Source of the DNA: Candidatus Hydrogenedentota bacterium
GTDB lineage: Bacteria; Hydrogenedentota; Hydrogenedentia; Hydrogenedentales; JAEUWI01
Direction: 5' to 3'
Assembly (NCBI GenBank): GCA_034669905.1
Contig: JAXMOL010000010.1
Location: forward strand, 32,001 to 96,000
DNA: 64,000 nucleotides
Part shown: piece by piece, positions 57,929-64,000 of the stretch
Numbering within the stretch: position 1 is the first letter of the stretch
Layout of the letters: each line of letters opens with the position of its first letter
The notes under the pieces: generated by a model
What the model was told of the DNA's origin: nothing
Database searches by the model: none
The model's input: only the letters and a program-made list of their open reading frames with translations
Program-made: the position numbers and the translations under genes

Positions 57929-58047
57929 CCACGCTCTTTCTGTCCCCATATTTTCCGGTTTCCCGCCCGCCTGACGTGCCACAGTGTGCATATCCTGGTG
58001 TCACGGTGTGAACCGGATGGCACACCAATTCTGTAGGAGATCAATTC

Positions 58048-59136
58048 GTGGAAGAACGCGTACACAATTTCTCGGCGGGCCCCGCAGCCATGCCCCTGAC
58101 CGTCCTCAAGCGGGTACAAGACGAGTTGCTTTGCCTGCCCGGTGCCGGGGCCTCCGTCATGGAAATCAGCCACCGTTCCAAGGCCTTCGCCGACGTGCTC
58201 GCGGGTGCCAAAGACAATATTTCAACCTTGCTTAATTTGCCGGACAACTACAAGATCCTCTTCCTTCAGGGCGGGGCGTCCTTGCAGTTCACCATGATCG
58301 CCATGAACCTCCTCAAGGGGGGCACGGCAGACTATCTGAACGTGGGCTCCTGGGCGAAGAAAGCCATTGCCGAAGGCAAGAAGCATGGCACGGTCAACAT
58401 CGCCTGGGACGGCAGTGCGGACAACTTCAACCGCATGCCCACGAGCGATGAACTCCAGCTCACCCCGGGTGCCGCCTATGTCCACTCCACGGCCAATGAA
58501 ACCATCCAGGGTATCGAGTTCTTCAACGAACCCGAAACCGGCGATGTGCCGTTGATTTGTGACTTCTCGTCGAGCTTCCTGAGCCGCCCCATCGACGTAT
58601 CCAAGTACGGCCTGATCTACGCGGGTGCCCAGAAAAACATCGGCCCTTCCGGTGTGGCCGCCGTCATCATTCGTGACGACCTCGTGGAAAAGTGCGCGGA
58701 AGGCCTGCCCTCCATGCTCGATTACCGCGTCATGGTGGAGAATGACTCCCTGTACAACACGCCCCCGGCCTTTGGCATCTACATGATCAACAAGGTGACG
58801 GAATACCTGCGGAACGACATCGGCGGCCTCGAGAAGATGGAAGCCATCAACCGCAAGAAGGCGGAGACCCTCTACAACGCCATCGACGAGAGCGGCGGCT
58901 ACTATGTGGGCCACGCGGTGAAAGAAAACCGCTCTCTCATGAACGTCACCTTCGTGCTCAAAGACAGCGCTCTGGAAGGCAAGTTCGTGGAAGAGGCCAC
59001 CGCCGCCAAGCTGGACGGCCTCAAGGGACACCGCTCCGTAGGCGGCTTCCGCGCCTCCATCTACAATGCCATCACGCAAGACAGCGTCGATGCCCTGGTC
59101 GCCTTCATGAAAGACTTCCAGCAAAATAACGGATAA
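58048..59136 (+). CDS. serC: Phosphoserine aminotransferase
   Basis: NFSAGPA, MEISHRS, FLQGGAS, NETIQG, AGAQKN, YNTPP, GHRSVGGFRASIYNA. Confidence 0.96.
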   Translation: MEERVHNFSAGPAAMPLTVLKRVQDELLCLPGAGASVMEISHRSKAFADVLAGAKDNISTLLNLPDNYKILFLQGGASLQFTMIAMNLLKGGTADYLNVGSWAKKAIAEGKKHGTVNIAWDGSADNFNRMPTSDELQLTPGAAYVHSTANETIQGIEFFNEPETGDVPLICDFSSSFLSRPIDVSKYGLIYAGAQKNIGPSGVAAVIIRDDLVEKCAEGLPSMLDYRVMVENDSLYNTPPAFGIYMINKVTEYLRNDIGGLEKMEAINRKKAETLYNAIDESGGYYVGHAVKENRSLMNVTFVLKDSALEGKFVEEATAAKLDGLKGHRSVGGFRASIYNAITQDSVDALVAFMKDFQQNNG

Positions 59137-59147
59137 TAGTTCAGCTT

Positions 59148-59185
59148 CCCCCGCGCGGTTTCTGGCCGCGCGGGAGATGTCTCTT
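59148..59185 (+). terminator. GC-rich hairpin after serC (possible terminator)
   Basis: CCCGCGCGG-loop-CCGCGCGGG, weak U-tract. Confidence 0.45.
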
Positions 59186-59224
59186 CCAGGCAAGCAATCT
59201 TTCTCGCACCAACAATATCTGTAA

Positions 59225-59419
59225 GGGTGCCACCCTTACGCGGAGGAGCGAAGCGGGGGAGCTTACGGGTGTGGGTCGACCGTTTAGGCCCAACTCGGCA
59301 CACGTGCTTCAATGGCTGTGAAAACGCGTGCTGCAGATCGGTTGATGAATCCCAAAAGCTATCGCAGGCCTGCACCCGTAAGCTACGCCGGGAACCGGCT
59401 ACGCGTAAGGGTGGCACCC
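59225..59419. repeat. Inverted pair of GGGTGCCACCC-family repeats
   Basis: 59225-59271 and reverse copy 59373-59419 share GGGTGCCACCCTTACGCG and AGCTTACGGGTG. Confidence 0.82.
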
Positions 59420-59528
59420 TCCACGCTCCTGCGGCTGACGTAGGAGCCACCGCAAGCCGAGTTCGGACCGTACGCAGTTTAAAATACCAGGATTCCGCCC
59501 TGAATCCACAACCCAAAAGGAGCTTCCC

Positions 59529-60395
59529 ATGCGAATCCTAATCGCCGGATGCGGCTATGTCGGTTCCGAACTGGCCCAACAGCTCCATGACCAGCACCAT
59601 GACGTCTTCGGACTGCGTCGCAACACCGCGAAGCTGCCCCAGGGCATTCACCCTGTCGCCGCGGATTTGAACGATCCGGCCACCCTCACGGCCCTGCCCG
59701 AAGCCATCGACTACGTGTTCTACGCCGCCAGTGCCAATGGCTACGGCGAGGAAGCCTACCGGGCGGCCTACGTCACGGGCCTGCAAAACCTCCTGGAGGC
59801 CCTGAAAGGCCAATCACCGCGCCATCTATTCTTCACCTCCAGCACGGGCGTCTACGCACAAAACGACGGCGAATGGATTGACGAGAACAGCCCCGCTGCG
59901 GCGGACCGACCGACGGCACAGGCCCTGCGCGATGGCGAGGACTTGGTTCACAATGCGGCGATCCCCGGCACCGTCGTGCGCTTCAGCGGCATCTACGGTC
60001 CCGACCGTACCCGGCTCATTAAACAGGTGGCCGACGGTACCGCGCGGCTGGAGCGGAACGGGACCCGCTACCTCAATCACATTCACCGGGACGACTGCGC
60101 GGGGTCCCTTGCGCACCTGATGACCCTGAAAAGCCCCGAACCCCTCTACCTTGCCACCGACAGCGAACCCCGCACACGTAACGCCTTTCTCACGTGGATA
60201 GCAGAAACGCTGGGGGTTCCTGCGCCGCCCTTTGCCGATGAAGACCAGTCCAACAGCCGCCCCTCAGAACGGGGTGGCAACCGACGCTATCGTAATGACC
60301 GGCTCCTCGAAAGTGGCTACACCTTTCAATACCCCACCTATCGCGAAGGCTACGGCGCACTCATCACCAACCGCGCTCAAGAGCCCAATACCTGA
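59529..60395 (+). CDS. NAD-dependent epimerase/dehydratase (atypical SDR)
   Basis: IAGCGYVG, SSTGVY, RFSGIYGP, NHIHRDD. Confidence 0.87.
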   Translation: MRILIAGCGYVGSELAQQLHDQHHDVFGLRRNTAKLPQGIHPVAADLNDPATLTALPEAIDYVFYAASANGYGEEAYRAAYVTGLQNLLEALKGQSPRHLFFTSSTGVYAQNDGEWIDENSPAAADRPTAQALRDGEDLVHNAAIPGTVVRFSGIYGPDRTRLIKQVADGTARLERNGTRYLNHIHRDDCAGSLAHLMTLKSPEPLYLATDSEPRTRNAFLTWIAETLGVPAPPFADEDQSNSRPSERGGNRRYRNDRLLESGYTFQYPTYREGYGALITNRAQEPNT

Positions 60396-60459
60396 AAACA
60401 CGTTATCCCCTTTGCGCCAGTTTTTGGTTCGAAGTAACACACCTACGAAGGAATACCCC

Positions 60460-61767
60460 GTGCCCCGCAATTGGTCTAACATCCCCTTTCCCCCGGCCCG
60501 CTTCCCCTTTTTCTATGGGTGGGTGCTTCTCGCTGCGGCCACCATTGGCATCGTGGCCAGTATTCCCGGGCAGACCATGGGGGTGGGCATTTTCACCGAT
60601 TTCCTCATCGACGTCCTCGGCCTGACACGCAGCCAGCTCAGTCTGGCCTACGCCCTCGGCACCATCGTCAGCGGGTTTATGCTGCCCCTCGCGGGCACCT
60701 GGCTGGACCGCTTCGGCATTCGTATTGCCGGTTCGGTCGCCGCCGTGGGCCTGGGCCTCAGCCTGGTACTCCTGGCAAGGATTACCCAGATTATCGACGC
60801 CCTTCCCATTGGACCCTTCGTCGCTATCTTTGTATGCTTCCTCTGCCTGCGCTTTTTCGGGCAAGGCTGCATCACCATGACCGCCCGCGTCGCCGTGGGA
60901 AAATGGTTTGATAAGCGGCGGGGACGGGCCGTGGCACTTATGGGTATCGTAACGGCCTTCTCGTTCAACGCAAGTCCGAACTTTTTGAATTATCTCGTGC
61001 GCACCTATGAGTGGCACGGCGCAGCGCTCATCCTGGCCGCCCTGGTCGGACTGGGCATGACCGCCATTACCCTCCTCTTTTACCGGGACACCCCCGAAGC
61101 GTGCGGGCTCACCATGGATGGCCACATCGAGGTGGAAGAAGCCCCGGATGAAGACGCCCCCACGCCAGTAGCAACCCGGGATTTTACCCGGGGCGAAGCC
61201 GCGCGGACGCTCGCTTTCTGGGCCTTTTCGTTCGGACCCGCCGCGCAGGGGCTGGTAATGACCGCGGTCACTTTTCATATGGCGGCCCTGGGCGCCGAAG
61301 CCGGCCTGACGCGAAAAGAAGCCTACGCCCTCTTTATCCCCATGGCCTTCATCAGTGTGGTGACCAACACGGTCGGTGGCTGGTTGAGTGATCGCATCGC
61401 GCTGAAATGGCTCCTCGGGTTCATGATGGTGATGCAGGCCGCCGGAATCGTGGGTCTCGCCTACCTGGATAGCGCGGCCGGGCGTACCCTCTTCTTCATC
61501 GGCCATGGTGCCTCGGGCGGTCTCTTTGCCGTGCTCACCACGGTGACCTTTCCCAAGTTTTTCGGGCGCGCCCATCTCGGTGCTATCAGCGGAATCAACA
61601 TGACCATCATGGTCTTCGCCAGCGCCCTGGGGCCCTATCTGTTCAGCGCGGGATTCGACTACTTCGGGTCCTACCGCGCAGTCACCCTGGCCTGCCTCGT
61701 CATGCCCGTCACCATCACCTTCCTCGGTTGGATAGCCCGTGACCCCCAGAAATTGCCCCGCGACTAA
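60460..61767 (+). CDS. MFS transporter
   Basis: FFYGW, GTWLDRFGIR, WFDKRRG, GWLSDR; multiple TM helices. GTG start at 60460 follows RBS AAGGA. Confidence 0.88.
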   Translation: MPRNWSNIPFPPARFPFFYGWVLLAAATIGIVASIPGQTMGVGIFTDFLIDVLGLTRSQLSLAYALGTIVSGFMLPLAGTWLDRFGIRIAGSVAAVGLGLSLVLLARITQIIDALPIGPFVAIFVCFLCLRFFGQGCITMTARVAVGKWFDKRRGRAVALMGIVTAFSFNASPNFLNYLVRTYEWHGAALILAALVGLGMTAITLLFYRDTPEACGLTMDGHIEVEEAPDEDAPTPVATRDFTRGEAARTLAFWAFSFGPAAQGLVMTAVTFHMAALGAEAGLTRKEAYALFIPMAFISVVTNTVGGWLSDRIALKWLLGFMMVMQAAGIVGLAYLDSAAGRTLFFIGHGASGGLFAVLTTVTFPKFFGRAHLGAISGINMTIMVFASALGPYLFSAGFDYFGSYRAVTLACLVMPVTITFLGWIARDPQKLPRD

Positions 61768-61865
61768 GCGGTCAAAATCGCGTGCCATTCTCGTTCTGCC
61801 GAATACCGACCCCGTGACGGTACGATATCTCAGGAAGTACCAGATTGTTCCACGAACACATGTTA

Positions 61866-62351
61866 CGGGATTTCAGCCCTATAAAGAACACCGCGTATAC
61901 TTAGGCCTTCGGCCTGGGCTGGTATGTTACCGCGCCGTTGGCGCTCATAGGGCTGTAATGGAGAGTACCGCTGGAGTTCCGGAGGGCCAAAGGCCCGTAA
62001 ACATACCAGCATGGGCCAACGGCCGATGAACCGGGCCTGTACAAAAAATCAAGGGCTGAAGGCCTGTTCCATATCCTGCGCCAGGTACCCGAGTATTCCC
62101 GCAGGTTCCGAATTTCGCGCCGAAGGGTAAAAGAGTGAAGAGCACCCTTTAAATCAGGCAGATGGAATGTTACACGTCGCATGCTCAGGGGGCAGGCGAT
62201 AACCTATGTGTTGCCGAGCCGTTGGTCCTCGGTTGCGCATGTAAACATCGCATTGACGAATCATTCAGCGCCAAAGCCGCAATCCATATCAGTCTTGGGC
62301 GAAGCCCCAAGAACAAACGAATAAAAAGCGCGAACGCGACTGAAAACCCGC
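61866..62351. repeat. Three copies of an ~80-bp multi-hairpin REP-like repeat
   Basis: Reverse copy 61866-61945, forward copy 61983-62066 and degenerate copy 62267-62351 share AGNGCCAA.GGC.CG..CATACCAGC..AGGGCTGAA. Confidence 0.72.
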
Positions 62352-62407
62352 GCCATCTGATGGCCGAATAAACGGCTTCAATAATGCATCAGATCATGCG
62401 CAACCGG

Positions 62408-62815
62408 TCAGCGTCCCTGCCAGACGGCTCCGCATTTTCGGCAGGTGAAACCCTTCACAAGGAAAAACCAGGCCACACCCAAGGTGGATAGCATCAGGAA
62501 TCGCTGCGCGCCCGTCATGGGTCCCCGGGTGACCATCACCGACTGACAGCGCGGACAACGGCGATAGGAAGTATCATCGGCATCGACATATTCATCCATG
62601 TCCACTTCGGTCGCCGTGGCATCCAGCAGTTCCCGGGTGCGGGCCACATCCTCGGCCCCCACCTTCAGCACATAGCCCGAGCCGCCCATGCCCGCATAGC
62701 GACTCACCCGATGGACCGAGGCCGTGATACCTTCCGACTCCAACATGCTCTGTACCAGACAGGCTGAGGCACTTTCAGGATAGCGCTGTACTTCCACCCG
62801 CGGGGGCGTCGTCAT
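62408..62815 (-). CDS. DUF2007-like signal-transducing domain + Zn-ribbon protein
   Basis: A.LVQSMLESEGI motif; CPRC and CRKC flanking a hydrophobic segment. Confidence 0.72.
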   Translation of the reverse strand: MTTPPRVEVQRYPESASACLVQSMLESEGITASVHRVSRYAGMGGSGYVLKVGAEDVARTRELLDATATEVDMDEYVDADDTSYRRCPRCQSVMVTRGPMTGAQRFLMLSTLGVAWFFLVKGFTCRKCGAVWQGR

Positions 62816-62819
62816 GACC

Positions 62820-63473
62820 TTAGCTCCCTTCGGTCATCAAGGAATAGATGGTCTCCGGATCCGTCGCCGCTAACAGGGCCTCCCGCACTCCGGAAACCTT
62901 CACCAGCGAGCTGATAGCTGCCAGCGCCTTAAGATATTGGGTGTGTTGGTTATCCCGCGCCGCCACCATACAGATTATCTGCACCGGCCGCTCATCCAGC
63001 GAGGCATAATCCTCAATGGCCCGTTTGTTAACCCCTACCGCCAACACCAGATTGCGCACCGATGCAAGTCGGACGTGCGGCACGCCGATACCGAATCCGA
63101 TACCCGTGCTCATGAGGGCTTCCCGCTCGAAAACTTCCCGGCGGAGCGCTTCGGGATCTTTTATCTCCCGCGCCGTCGAAAGGCTGTCCACCAACGCGTT
63201 CAACGCTTCCTCTTTGCGATGGACATCCAATACCAGCACCCGTTCGGGCACCAGAATATCTCGCAGCGTGATGGCTTCGCTCCGTACCGGTTGCTTCGGC
63301 TGACTTAACTTACTGTCCACCCATTTTTCCACGTCGGCGCGTTTAAAACGCCAGTTTGTACCCAATTTCCCACAGGGAATCTCGCCCTTGTTGGCCCAGT
63401 CATACACGGTCCGCTCGGAAACACGGAGAAATTCCGCCACTTCTTCCAAGGTCAACAGTTCATAATCAGACAC
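62820..63473 (-). CDS. Excisionase-like HTH fused to PTS EIIA (Ntr/fructose type)
   Basis: LLTLEEVAEFLRVSERTVY.W...GEIP..K.G..WRF; REALMSTGIG.GIGVPH (phospho-His). Confidence 0.9.
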   Translation of the reverse strand: MSDYELLTLEEVAEFLRVSERTVYDWANKGEIPCGKLGTNWRFKRADVEKWVDSKLSQPKQPVRSEAITLRDILVPERVLVLDVHRKEEALNALVDSLSTAREIKDPEALRREVFEREALMSTGIGFGIGVPHVRLASVRNLVLAVGVNKRAIEDYASLDERPVQIICMVAARDNQHTQYLKALAAISSLVKVSGVREALLAATDPETIYSLMTEGS

Positions 63474-63560
63474 GGGTCAGGCTCCTGCAGGTCGTTCGCG
63501 ACGGCAAGCCCCCTCCTATCACTAGAGGGCAGCATGCGCATCAATTTCCACGTCACCGAC

Positions 63561-63636
63561 AGTATACCACACCCACGTGCACGGAGAACATGATATGCCA
63601 TCAAAGGACATTATATGTCATCATCTGCAACTATAT
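63561..63636 (-). promoter_or_regulatory. Promoter of the HTH-EIIA gene with 10-bp-phased direct repeats
   Basis: Minus strand TGgTATACT (63561-63569); repeats at 63587-63636. Confidence 0.55.
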
Positions 63637-64000
63637 TCTTATACACTCTCTTGACCAAGTGGCTCCACGACGGCGTTCTGCCCCCAGGGCTACCGTCTCA
63701 CTGTCTTCGCCCAAAGCCGCCGGCGGGACGGTGGAAGTTGCATCCAGCGCGGAATGGCCCGTACCATAAGCGCCTGCACCCTTGATGGCTTTGGAGGCTA
63801 CTATGATTTTCACAGACGCACTCTTGCGTATATTCGATTTCGTTCGTGCCATGTTGTTGGCGGGCCAGGTGCCCCAGGACAACACGGAGGGGACTATCTA
63901 CAATGCCCTGAATTTTCTCCTGAACCTTTTCTCGGCCTTCTTCACCTTTTAGGGAACAGAACATGGGGGCGATAGCGCGGAGTACCGGACGATGAACCGG

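Noticed and set aside
57930..58047. Riboswitch in the serC leader
   Set aside because: Only a short GGTGT/ACACC hairpin; no recognisable aptamer.
63631..63852. Minus-strand ORF starting MARTKSNIRKS, resembling the histone H3 tail (MARTKQTARKS)
   Set aside because: No RBS, no histone fold follows, and it ends in the neighbouring gene's promoter region; most likely chance similarity.
63698..63975. Short ORFs at the right edge
   Set aside because: Mutually overlapping, no motifs, and context is cut off by the window end.

Overview
GC-rich bacterial chromosome segment. The gene content (three DUF1549/DUF1553 cytochrome-c + DUF1501 modules, an RRM protein, an HTH-EIIA fusion) points to a Planctomycetes-like or Ca. 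Hydrogenedentes-like organism; this is inference only. From left to right: a GldA/GldF-GldG-like ABC transporter behind a sigma54-type promoter; three PSD1/DUF1501 modules (one with a cytochrome-WD40-PPC fusion, one split by a GntP permease, one split by two divergent ParDE toxin-antitoxin pairs); comEA and panE; an OmpA protein; fdhD plus an FdhF/YdeP molybdoenzyme; SGNH and sialidase genes; a molybdenum-cofactor cluster with a MoaE-MoeB-rhodanese fusion; a structured ~170-nt leader RNA before an RRM gene; an NsrR-controlled truncated-haemoglobin/reductase pair; and assorted metabolic and signalling genes (PilZ, kinase-FGE, serC, MFS, HTH-EIIA). Intergenic DNA carries many REP/MITE-like families and 7-mer and 9-mer tandem arrays, including a three-level nested element and a repeat pair translated in-frame inside moaE-moeB. 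I saw no rRNA, tRNA, CRISPR array, transposase or reverse transcriptase. All family assignments come from motif recognition by eye; no searches were run.
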